From contig DF237728.1 in assembly GCA_000708835.1 (NCBI GenBank), forward strand, positions 1-34,467: 34,467 bases of DNA. The letters are read 5' to 3'. The position numbers were made by a program, and so were the translations under genes. The DNA is from Klebsormidium nitens. Its lineage: Eukaryota > Plantae > Klebsormidiophyceae. The notes below the pieces were generated by a model, which was not told the DNA's origin, did not search any database, and saw only the letters and a program-made list of their open reading frames with translations. Shown here piece by piece: positions 1-12,900 of this stretch (positions are counted from its first letter, which is position 1; every line of letters begins with the position of its first letter).

Positions 1-54
1 GTCCGATTGTTGCCCAACCGGACAATCGGTACGGGTAGCTACGGTACTACGGTA

Positions 55-326
55 CACGTAGCGACATTGCCAATCGCACCACCTTGGTGCGAATATTTAT
101 TTTCGAACTTTTTTGGATTTCGCACCAGCTCATAAGATAGTTTTTATTCTTTCGCAAAAGCCGAATATGTACTGTTTTAGGCCTGTTTTTGCGTGGTTAC
201 AGGGATAAGTTTTAACTCGAGTTTATTTTGATTTCGCAATTTCGCACCAAGGGCGAATCTTAGTTTCAAATCTTCGCAACGACCTAAGATCAATTAATTT
301 AGTGCGAATGGCAATGTCGCTACGGG
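55..326. mobile_element. MITE, Tc1/mariner-pogo (Tc2-like) type, 272 bp
   Basis: The inverted repeat 53-79 (TACACGTAGCGACATTGCCAATCGCAC) matches the reverse complement of 302-328 at 25/27 bp, including flanking TA at 53-54 and 327-328 (putative TSD). The interior is AT-rich, non-coding and has repeated TTCGCA/TGCGAA motifs. Confidence 0.8.
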
Positions 327-569
327 TACTACTGTAGCTAACCTACCTACCTAGGTAATACATGATTTATATACAACGTCGAACGCAGCCTGGGGGTGAG
401 TCGAATCAGTGCGTACCGGTACATGCTTGCGTCGGGAGCGAAAGGGAACCTCCGACCAGGTATTGAGTGGAGGCTGTACCAAGTACCTATATTGGGTACC
501 GGTATATCACGCGGCACATATAGGTACCTAGGTACCGCACTGGCCTCTAGTACTCGTGCGAGTTGCGAC

Positions 570-1406
570 NNNNNNNNNNNNNNNNNNNNNNNNNNNNNNN
601 NNNNNNNNNNNNNNNNNNNNNNNNNNNNNNNNNNNNNNNNNNNNNNNNNNNNNNNNNNNNNNNNNNNNNNNNNNNNNNNNNNNNNNNNNNNNNNNNNNNN
701 NNNNNNNNNNNNNNNNNNNNNNNNNNNNNNNNNNNNNNNNNNNNNNNNNNNNNNNNNNNNNNNNNNNNNNNNNNNNNNNNNNNNNNNNNNNNNNNNNNNN
801 NNNNNNNNNNNNNNNNNNNNNNNNNNNNNNNNNNNNNNNNNNNNNNNNNNNNNNNNNNNNNNNNNNNNNNNNNNNNNNNNNNNNNNNNNNNNNNNNNNNN
901 NNNNNNNNNNNNNNNNNNNNNNNNNNNNNNNNNNNNNNNNNNNNNNNNNNNNNNNNNNNNNNNNNNNNNNNNNNNNNNNNNNNNNNNNNNNNNNNNNNNN
1001 NNNNNNNNNNNNNNNNNNNNNNNNNNNNNNNNNNNNNNNNNNNNNNNNNNNNNNNNNNNNNNNNNNNNNNNNNNNNNNNNNNNNNNNNNNNNNNNNNNNN
1101 NNNNNNNNNNNNNNNNNNNNNNNNNNNNNNNNNNNNNNNNNNNNNNNNNNNNNNNNNNNNNNNNNNNNNNNNNNNNNNNNNNNNNNNNNNNNNNNNNNNN
1201 NNNNNNNNNNNNNNNNNNNNNNNNNNNNNNNNNNNNNNNNNNNNNNNNNNNNNNNNNNNNNNNNNNNNNNNNNNNNNNNNNNNNNNNNNNNNNNNNNNNN
1301 NNNNNNNNNNNNNNNNNNNNNNNNNNNNNNNNNNNNNNNNNNNNNNNNNNNNNNNNNNNNNNNNNNNNNNNNNNNNNNNNNNNNNNNNNNNNNNNNNNNN
1401 NNNNNN
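570..1406. other. Assembly gap (837 N)
   Basis: Run of N. ORFs crossing it are artefacts. Confidence 1.
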
Positions 1407-1508
1407 GACCTAGGTATCCCATTACCTGGGGCGGTCACACGCCCCGCGGGCCCCAGGCCGGTCGCCTGAAATGATGATGAAAACGGTGTACGGAAGTTGC
1501 CCCTGGCA

Positions 1509-1574
1509 CGCTAGTCTGTGAGTTCCAGCTGATGAGCCGCACGTGCAAGACGGTATCTTCCAAAAAAAAAAAAA
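1509..1574 (+). mobile_element. 5'-truncated non-LTR retro-insertion (LINE/SINE 3' end or retroposed RNA fragment), 66 bp
   Basis: An exact 17-bp direct repeat GGAAGTTGCCCCTGGCA (1492-1508 and 1575-1591) flanks a 66-bp segment ending in A13 (1562-1574). This is the hallmark of target-primed reverse transcription. Confidence 0.75.
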
Positions 1575-1600
1575 GGAAGTTGCCCCTGGCATCATTATCC

Positions 1601-1676
1601 ATTGGACTCGGAGACTTCAAAGTTTAGAGTCCAGCCTCCAGACTCCGACAGAGTCCAATTCGGAGGCTGGACTCGG
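1601..1676. repeat. Cluster of GGACTC/GAGTCC inverted repeats
   Basis: Perfect 13-bp inverted repeat GAGTCCAGCCTCC (1627-1639) / GGAGGCTGGACTC (1662-1674), plus a 9-bp inverted repeat ATTGGACTC (1601-1609) / GAGTCCAAT (1651-1659). Confidence 0.7.
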
Positions 1677-1949
1677 GGTGTTGGACAAAGATGAAAACGT
1701 TTCCTCTAATGATTCTCACCGTTCAGAAGTTCTGCCAGCACGAGAAACTCTCACTGTCGCGCCAATCCTGGTTTGGGCTTGTTTTCTAGCATTGCGCCTC
1801 GACGTGACTGCTGCATGTGCATACCGACTATAATTGTCACTTCAGGCTATGCTGGTGGTCTATGCCCCGCCAGTGGACCGCACCATGCACCCTATGCCTC
1901 TGCTTGGCCCCCTTGAGTGACTCCCCCTGGCAGCCCCTGGCTCTCTAGC

Positions 1950-4900
1950 ATGTTTCCACCGCTGAGTGGCAGTCAGGCAGAGCGCGTGTACCAGCTCGCA
2001 GCTGCTCACAGGCTTCTCACCTCTCCACCAGCTGGTGGCCCCACCCGGTCCCGGTACAATGACGCGGCTGCTTCTCTTAGCTGTTGTGAGCCTCTGCTGC
2101 GCACCCCCATCCCTGCGCAAGGGCCGCAGCGGGGGGGTCCTAAGTGGCACAATCGAGCGGCGGTGGTGACGCCGTCAGAGTCGTGCAGCAGTGCCTCGTC
2201 CGAGGTTCAGCAGGCGGACGCAGGGGGCCTGGTGAAGGGCGCCTGGTCGACCGAGGAGGACGCGCTGCTGCTGCAATACGTGCAGGTGAGCAGTCACGCA
2301 CACGCCAGTGGCAATGCAGCATGCCGCAGGGGAGAGGCAGCGCAGGCACTGGGGCTGAAGCTCGGTAGAGGTCCAAGGGGAAACAAAGGGGAAACCTGTG
2401 AAAGCATCCATACTACTTCACTCAAAATGTGTGAAACGCTTGATTGGCTGCATCCTCTGGGCCACATTCTCTAGGCGGCTCCAGGCACTGTCTTTTCCAA
2501 GCATCGGACATGAATGACACTGATGAGCTGACTAAGCAAGATGCAGTGGTGAGGACGCTGTGCCAGATGGGAGGGCCATTGCTTCACAGCAACTCTGTTG
2601 GGCACGCTTGCGGATCTTCCATTCTGTCAACATACACAGCCAGTCCCAACTGGCTGCCCTGCCGCCTTTCAAGTGCTGCTTCTGGTTCAGGGTCGAAGAG
2701 GGATGTTCCTGACTGCGTCGCTGGGCGCGCTGGCTTCTTTGCAGGAGCACGGCAGCAAGAACTGGGGCAACATTCAGCGGGTTATCAGGGGCTTCAAGCG
2801 CTGCGGGAAAAGCTGCCGCTTGCGGTGAGAGTCAAAGATCTGTAATCTCCAGGTAGACCACGTCACTCTGTTACAAAGAAGCTACCAGCTGAGTATGGGC
2901 TCATAGGTGCTTTGGGCATCACTTTTTGATAGCAGAGCATCGCCCATGCACTGTGCAATCGCGCTTTCTCGTCAATGCTCTCTCGCTGGTATATGCTTGC
3001 TCATCACAAAAAGGCCATAGCTTGCTAAGGAGATTATGGGGTGGGAGAAAGCAAGGTTTGCTGTTGACAATGAATAATTCTCAAATCTTTCAAGGCTGCA
3101 CATTGGCATCATCTGTTCGCTTTTGAAACAGCGGGGATTGATAGGTCCATTTTTGTCCCCATCAGATGGGTAAATCACCTGCGGGGGGGCCTGAAGAAAA
3201 CGGCGCTGTCGCGTGACGAGGAGCGCCGTGTCCTGGAGCTGCACGCAACCCATGGCAACAAGTGGGTGAGTGCACGGCCGCTGCCTGCGGCAGATTGCTG
3301 CTCGCCCTTGCTCACCAAACGCTGACAGGCAGGCTGGGTGTATGGGCTTTCCTCACCCTGCACAAGCCCCAATCTGAGTCTGAACAAACCCGCTTAACAT
3401 GAGCAGGTGTTATCTTTATATCTAGTAGTACAACTCCTGTGTGCAACTACGCATCTTGTATGCCCCCAAATGGTTTGGCACCCCAAGATAAAGCTGGCAT
3501 CCTCCTTGGATTTCGCTTTTGTTTGCCATGCATTCTCTTAGCCTCAGAGTGTTGGACCCCAATTCTGCTAGTTTCGTGTTTGTATCCCCAACCTCCCCTC
3601 CTTCCTGCCAGCTTTCCTTCAGTCCATTCTATTTCCCACTTCCTTCCCCTTCTCTTCCTTACTGGTATGTTAGATAGGGATAAATTAAAGCCTCTTTGAG
3701 CTTGCTTCGTACCAGGACCCCTTTCAATGTTGTCATTCTCAGGGATCCCTCCCCCTAAGATGCTCCTGCAATCTGCCTTGTCTGTCGTCTTTGTGGAATC
3801 TGATTTTCCTTTTCGAATTACAACAAGGGACGCAATGACGTCACAAACGATCTGTTTTAGAAGCACGATTTGACGCTTTCTCCATGTTGACCTTTCAAGC
3901 CTCTCCTGTGATCCCTAGGAAAGGCAGGTAAACTTTTTCTGCACCCCTGTATTGCCACATGTCAAGGGATTGGACTGTCAGTGGGGGCTTCCCAGCATCG
4001 ATGCTCTGTGGCCCTGTGCTGGCTTGCTCTCCCCCTCTTCTCATCATCCCACTCTGTTCTGTGTGCCTCCAGGCCAAGATTGCTGCTGAGCTGCCTGGCC
4101 GCACCGACAACAAGGTCAAGAACTTCTGGAACGGTCGCCAGAAGCGCATCATCCGGGCCAAGCAGCTTGCCGCGCGGCCAGCCTCAGGCGGCCAGGCCCT
4201 CCCGCGCAGCCTGCCTTGCCAGGCCCCCACTGCTGCCCGCCCTTGGATGGCCCGCATGGCAGGCCGCCCAACCTCCTCATCCTCGTGGCCCCCCCCCGCC
4301 CCCTTCCTGCCCCGCTCCAGTCTACCAATCCGTGGCATGCCTGCAGCCCCGCCTGGCCGCTCCTCCAGCAGCAGCGCCATGAGTGGCCTCTTCACCCCGA
4401 GCGCCCCCCCGCCCCGCGCAGCAGCCACCCCTGGGCACCCCCGCCTCGACTGCCCGCCATCAGCCGTGGCTTTTGGCTGCCCCCGCTGGTCATCCCGGAG
4501 GTCCCCCCCCTCGAGGAGGATGACAACGAAGGGGCCACCCCGCCAGGCCAGCCGGCATGTCCCTCGCCCCCGCCCCTGGCCTTGCCAGAAGGTGCGCTTG
4601 GCAGCAGCCTGTATCCCTCATACCGCTATGCCCCCCCCCTGCCACAAGCTTGGAGACAGGCTGGCCCCCCTCAGGCCTGGGGCCCTCAGGACCAGGGCTG
4701 GACCCCCCTCTCGGTGCGCCTGCCCAACACGCTGAGCCCCCCCCCAAAGCCCCCGGTGGTCCGCGCTGCCACGCCCAACGTGGATGCGTTCCTGATCAGC
4801 CCTTCGGAGGCAGACGAGGACGGCTTCCTGCACGACGGGCGAGACAGCGCGCCGGTGCCGCAGCCGCCCTCCAGGAAGAGGAGTCGAGCAGAGAGTTTTC

Positions 4901-5565
4901 TTGCAGGGGACGCGGGAAACATGGCTCTGGCTGACGCTTGGCGCTGGGGGCCGGTCCACGACGGGGAGCTGCTTTGGGATGGTGGCAGCGAAACGGTGGG
5001 TCCAGGGGTCGGGCAGTCGCTGAAGCGGAGCAAGATGGAGGAGTCGGAGGGCGAGTGCGAGTGGGGGATCAGCTTCAACACGCCTGGGGGCTGCTCAGGT
5101 GAGGGGACGAAGCCACAGACACGGGCCACGGCCTGGCCCGCCACTTCGGGGTTTGCCACTTTCACTCTCGTGGTGACGTCGCCCCTGTACGCTGCCTGCT
5201 CGTGTCTCACCCTCGGCGCCCCTGCCCCCTCTTGTGCAGACGCTCTCTCCAGCTGCCTCCTGCCCGCGCCCCTCTCGTCCCCCGGCCCCAGCAGCTGGCC
5301 GGCCTGGCTCGACGAGGCCAGCCCGCGGCACCGCCTCGAGGTGGAGGCGGCCGCGGCCTCGCTGTACCCGACCGCCACCGCCTTCCTGGCCAGCGTGCAG
5401 CCGGACTGGGGGGCCCCCGCCGGCGAGGCCGCGCTGCAGTGGGCGCTGCCCCCGCTGGTGCCCGTGGACGAGCTGGGCGCGTGCGTGGGGGAGGACGGCC
5501 AGGGAGAGCGGCTCAAAAAGATTGCCAGCTGGAGCAATTTCTTGTGCGCGGCAGCCGGCCTCTGA
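1950..5565 (+). CDS. R2R3-MYB transcription factor, GAMYB/DUO1-like (subgroup 18-like)
   Basis: Exons 1950-2285, 2745-2824, 3166-3265 and 4073 onward are joined by phase-compatible GT-AG introns. They give GLVKGAWSTEEDALLLQYVQEHGSKNWGNIQRVIRGFKRCGKSCRLRWVNHLRGGLKKTALSRDEERRVLELHATHGNKWAKIAAELPGRTDNKVKNFWNGRQKR. The C-terminal part needs a frame change (candidate intron 4592-4674, or an indel). A further intron is likely at 5099-5239, with the stop at 5563-5565. Start codon and C-terminal structure are less certain than the domain. Confidence 0.9.
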
Positions 5566-7429
5566 TCAGGGACGCGGGGTGTTCCCGGGTGTTCCGCAGG
5601 CCCGCGCTTTGTGTGTTTCTTGTGTTGGTAGCCTGGGTGGGTGTATATGTAGGGCGTACAAAAGGGGACCCATGTCAATTAGGGCGTCCGTGGAGATTGT
5701 GTCTGACTGGTCTAGAGTATATTGGTCCTGGCGTGCTGCCAATAAGCACATAAGTGTATGCATTGAGCAAGCACTCACACGTGCTTGCCGTTTGGTTTTA
5801 CATAGGACCAGTTCCATGGTTCTGCTCCCAGCTATTAAAGGCGATGAGGGAGGAACCTTGGAGTCTGCAGTACGTCTAGGTTGGAAGCCCGCGCTCGCGC
5901 TTGCTTGGTATACTGCTTCCGGCACCACCAAAGGTCCGTGGTGTGTCATACTGCCCGCATTACTAACGGGTGGTTAATCTCTAATCTTGGACGTGTGCTA
6001 ATTAGAAACTAGAAAGTAGACAACACTCTAGCTCCTGCTGACTGCTGCTGTCAAGCCCCTGCACGCAAGGTTGCGAGACTCGTCAACTTCCACAAGCTAA
6101 CTCCGACAGAGGTAGCTTTGCCCGCCAGCTCTACGCGGCGAAGCAAGGTGCTTGAAGCAGCAAGTGTCAAATTAGCTTTGGTACAATAGCAGGCTTGAGC
6201 GTTGATCATGGCCCATGTGCACTAAGTTGACACAGTCTAGGTCCAGAGTCTTAATCTGCGGAATATAAGTGGGGTTGAGAAATGACATGCTCGGAAGAGC
6301 TTTGTAAATGTAGAGCTGAACTAATATATTGGCTGTTCTTCGCTCATTGTGTCACATTCATGTTGATACATGGAGATGCACCCTCTCCACTGTTAGATGC
6401 ATTGACAAGAAGCATGTGGTAGGAGCGTTTTGGGACATGCATAAGATCTGAAACTTGTTGCAACTCTTCCGCATTTGCAATATCCTCTGAATGGCTATGA
6501 TGAATTTGGGCATGGTCTGTGGAGGTGCAGGGGAGAAATCGTGCAAGATTGAACATTCAAGGCAATGGCTGAAAACATATGGACGGTACTATCTTAAACG
6601 GCTATACGCTGGAGGGGATTGATAGCTGGCATGGCAACGTCATGACAGAAACTTAGCAGTTAAGTGGGTCGGACTACATTAAGCTAGCTTGCAAGTTGCG
6701 AGGTGATATGTACAATTTGAGTCAATGCTCGCCCGTACAGCTATGAGTCTCACAGTGATAGAGGCGCAGTATAATTATAGGTATCACAACTTTGGACATG
6801 ACTTACATCGTAGCAGGGCTGCAAAGTCAACGTTGTACCGTCCCGGTCTCACCGGCAGACTTTACCCGGTGGCTCAACATCGCTCATGGGGGGCATTACT
6901 AGAGTAGATTACCAACACGATGCAAACGCGCACTCAGTTGAACATGCTTGATTCAAACTCGATGATTTCCTCGCATATAACGCCCATTGAATAACTCTCA
7001 TGCAATGACGACTTCTATGACTGCCCGGCGTTGAATGGGGTATGAGGCCAAGAGGGTTGGCACTTCGTCTCTGAAAACCCAGGTGCTGGAAGCACTGAAG
7101 GCTATATACGCCTCAGAAAGAGCATATTTGAGTATGTTGACCCACACACCAAATCACACCTCATGCAACAGCGCAAGTGAAGAAATCATCTTCGACCACT
7201 AAACAATGTGAAAAAGGTAGGGCCGACCAAAACAAGCTTTGATGCTTTCCGGGATGCACCCATGCCAGCCCATTCTCGCCAGCGACTTCTGACACATGTG
7301 CTTAATCACTTTAAGCACTTGTCGCGTAATAAGTGGATGCTACAGCAGGACACATATACATACAATGGATGGCATAGGCGACATCAGCTTTGCACATCGT
7401 GTTTGCTGACTCAATTGTGCTCGGATCGT

Positions 7430-9270
<1,841 letters not shown>

Positions 9271-9918
9271 GGTCACACGGCGCCCACAACGATGCCTCGC
9301 GCGGAGTCCGCTGGGAAAGAGGACCAGAAGACCAGCCACCAAGGGGATGGGCGATTCGCGAGAGGCACAGGCTCGATCTTTGCAATGTTATTATATTAGC
9401 CAAGGAATTGCATAACCTGGCAAGATAAGTCGTTGAGCTATTCGAGACCAACAAAGCGTCGAAGAACGTCTGACTTGTACAGTGCTCATTTGAGGTGGAT
9501 GCGAGCCTCAAGAGGAGGCGACGAATCTAAAAAGCAGGTGATATCTTCCTATACCAACAATGTGAATATCCTGGATTTTGACGAATTTCAATTCGCCGTG
9601 GGGTTGACGAGCTACGGTAGCTGCATGAGTGCATGTGAATCACATGGTGATGGCACCCTACAATCCTCGATCAATGTCATGCTGGCTGCAAAGACATACC
9701 CAGCTGGTACTAGTAGCCATTGCATTGCTGCCAATGGCAATGGCAATGGCCCTGGGGCACGTGAAGGCAGAGCACTGAGCAGCCGCCATGTCAATCTCCG
9801 TACGCACCACGTACCAATCAATCTTGGGTCCGCCTCGCTGTGCATTTGGGTCGTCTCCCCTGGCTCACATCTAGACTGCTGGCCTGGCTCCGCCTGAGGT
9901 GGAGAGCGGCTGCCCGCC
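9271..9918. promoter_or_regulatory. Putative bidirectional promoter region (RPL8 / VPS35L)
   Basis: The two start codons are head-to-head and 648 bp apart. No specific cis-element was identified with confidence. Confidence 0.45.
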
Positions 9919-12900
9919 ATGTCCTTGCGCATGCGCAACTACGAGCTGGATGAGAGCCGGCTGCTGTTGCAAAGGGAGCCCTGCTTCCACCACCCTTTGC
10001 TGCCGCGCGCTGCCCCGCGCCAGGAGGACGGCCCGGCCAAAGCCTGCGCCACTGCAGGCCCTGTTGAGGCAGGCCTGCCCCTCGATCTCAATGCTGTAAG
10101 CGGCTATCCTTAGGCACTGGGCGGGCCATGTTCCTGGGTCCAGCGGAGAATGCACTGCGCCACTGGTTGTGTGGTCCAGGATTCGCTTTTGCATGGCAGC
10201 TAGGTTCATGGCTAGTGGGTTGGCAATTCTCTGAGCGCCATGTAGAGAGTAGTAGCATTGCTGGGGCTAATCTGAGTTTGAACATTCACTAGCCATCGGC
10301 TGACACTGTCGTTGTTGTGTCAGCCACATTGCATTTGGTTTCTTGTCCTTCAGGAAGTTGACGACCCGCTGCGCCACGGCCCTGCAGTGGCCGTCCCCTG
10401 GGAGCAGCGCCGCGAGCGCCGGCCCTCCGATGGTCGCCGCTGGAGCGGGGAGGAGCAGGAGAGGGCGGCCGCGGCCGAGTGGGAGGGCAGGAAGGCGGCC
10501 ATCCTGCAGCGCTTCACCGCCTCAGGATCAATAGCGGTGACCGCCAGCCTGGACGTGGTCACGCAGCCAGGTGGGCGCTCCCTCCCCTCCGCCGGCAGCA
10601 GCGCACCGGCGCCCTTCTCCCCCTTGCAGCATCTCTGATGCCCCCCGCATCAGTGTCATCAAGTTAGATGCACAGCGCGACATCGATCATGCAGCCCTGG
10701 TGCGTAGACTGGAAGACTAGGACCGTGTTGTCCTGCCCCCATTTTGCCGTGAAATGGCTGCCCCTTATGCCCCCTCGTGTGCTGTTGCCCCGGGCTGCTC
10801 CGTGACTCGCTCCTCGTGGGGCACTGCTGCAGGGCGCGCCCGCCTGAGCGCGGCGCAGCGGCTAGAGCAGCTGGAGCACCCCCAGCGCGCGGGGCAGGAG
10901 GCGTCGCGCCAGGTGGCGGTGGCGGACGTGGTGGCACGCCTGCGCGAGCTCAACGCCGACCTGAGCAGCGCTTGGGTTGCAGCGGAGCGCCTCACTGCGC
11001 TGCGCCTCGCCATTAAGGTGCGCTGCAAACCGCGGGCAGTGACGGGGCCAGGGAGGCCCCTCTGAGTAAGGGCAAGGACTGGGGGAAACGTGCGAAGGCA
11101 GTTCTGCATCGGCCATCGCACTGGTGGCCCCTCCTGGGTGCATTCCGATCCTTGCCCGGTCTTGGTCATGGCCCCTCTGGCCTGCCTGCCTGCGTGCCCT
11201 GGCTGCCGCCCGCTCTATCGTGTGGTGCCCCTGCTGCAGGTGGCGCGCCTGCTGCTGGACGTGAGTGTGCCGCACTTCTACCCCACCCTCTTTGTGCTGG
11301 TCACCGACTGCCTCGACACGGTGGGTGGCCTCGTGTGGACGCGGATCGTGCGTAAGGCGGAGGAGGGAGACACTCCCACAGGACCCCCGAAGCGGCTGCC
11401 AGGTGGGCCTCCCCCTGATACGAGTCAAGAAGGGTCAGCAGACGTTTTTGGGGTCTGCCGCTGGTGCTTCCTTTTTGGGCCCCATGCCCTTGTTCATGTT
11501 TGGTTCCAGAGGCACAATTGAGCTCCAGTTGTTGTGTTTGTACTTGCGCCCCAGCAACGCCTGCCTGCCTGCGTCCGGGTCCCGGCCATGCCCTGGCGGC
11601 CCACTACGCTCACTGCGCCTCTTGCTGGCAGCTGGCTTCACGTGGCGGGACGTGCCCGCGGCTGCGCAGGAGACGTGCCGCAACTGGTTCCACAAGGTGG
11701 GGGCCATCCCCGAGCTGCTGCCCCGCCTGTGAGCCCCGCAAAACCCCTTCCCTACCGCGTTTTACACAAGCGCTGTCAAATGAGCTGCCTCGATTGCCCC
11801 CCCCCCCCCCCCACGCGGTGCCTCAGTGCGCTCTGTTGTGTGTGCCCCCCTGCCCCTGTCTCTGCCTGACACGCTGTGCGCCCTGTGGCGGGCAGCTACT
11901 TGGAGCTGGCGCTGCTGCGCTGCTACCACTTCCTGGAGCCAGCCCCCCCCGCGGCGACCCTCGCGCGCCTGTCCGCCATGATGCGCGGCCTCACCCACCC
12001 CCTCGCGGCCGCGTACGCCCACCTGTACCTGGTCAGGAGGACTGCCGCGGTGGCCCCCACAGAGAAGGGTGAGCCCCTTGCGCCATGCTAGGCTTGATTG
12101 CGACTGGTTGATCGGCAGATGGTTGCCGCTGGGCATTGTGCTGCTCGCGGCCAGGCAGCACAGTAGCTGCTTTTTCTCCGATGCTGTGTACTGCCAGGGT
12201 GACAGTGAAATGCTATCCCCTCAAACAACACGTGTTGGCACCTCCCTGTATTTTTTTGGACCTCCTTCCCACTTACGCCCCCCCCCCTGCGTGCAGCCCC
12301 GTTGGTGTCCGGCCTGCGTGACCGCCTGCTGCAGTACCGCAGCGTGCTGGCGGGCCACCACGACCCCGCCCTGCAGCGCAGCGCCCTCTCGCGTGCCGCG
12401 TACCTGCAGCTGCTGGACCCCCCCCTCGAGATCACCATCCAGGCACTGCTCAAGGACGCGCCCCCCGTGGGTACCCTGCACCCCTCTCCTGTCTGCTGTC
12501 GGCTGCCTCTCCTCGGCTCCCTTGACACAGCTGCTAGCTGCTGCAGTGCGCCCTCCCTTTGGCCCCACTCCGCTGTCGCCTCCCCTCACGTGCCCTCCGT
12601 CCTGCTGCAGGCACAGCTGCCGGGCCTGCTTGCCTCGCTGGCCTGCCTGGCCCCCTCTCAAGGCGGCCCCCCCGTTGCGCTCCCCCCTGCCGCTGTGGTC
12701 CTGCATCTGGTGGCCCACCTGCCCGGCCCCTTTGTGGCGGCCCAGGCGCTGCCCCTCACGCGCCTCGTTGCCGCCACCAGCGACGCCTCCGCCAAGCAGG
12801 TCCCCCCGCGGCGCCGCTGCCCCCTCCATCTTTCCTCCCACTGCCTGCTGCGTGCACCAGCCTTCCACTGCTCGCTGATGGTCGTGCTCCTGGCGAAGCC

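Noticed and set aside
347-1474. Long ORFs of X residues
   Set aside because: Artefacts of the N gap.
1449-1490. Resemblance (GGGCCCCAGG...GAAATGATGATGAAA) to the 56-bp minisatellite unit
   Set aside because: Short, degenerate and low-complexity, and adjacent to a gap.
3447-3866. 139-aa antisense ORF in the AT-richer MYB intron 3
   Set aside because: No RT, transposase or other domain features, and no TIR or TSD found.
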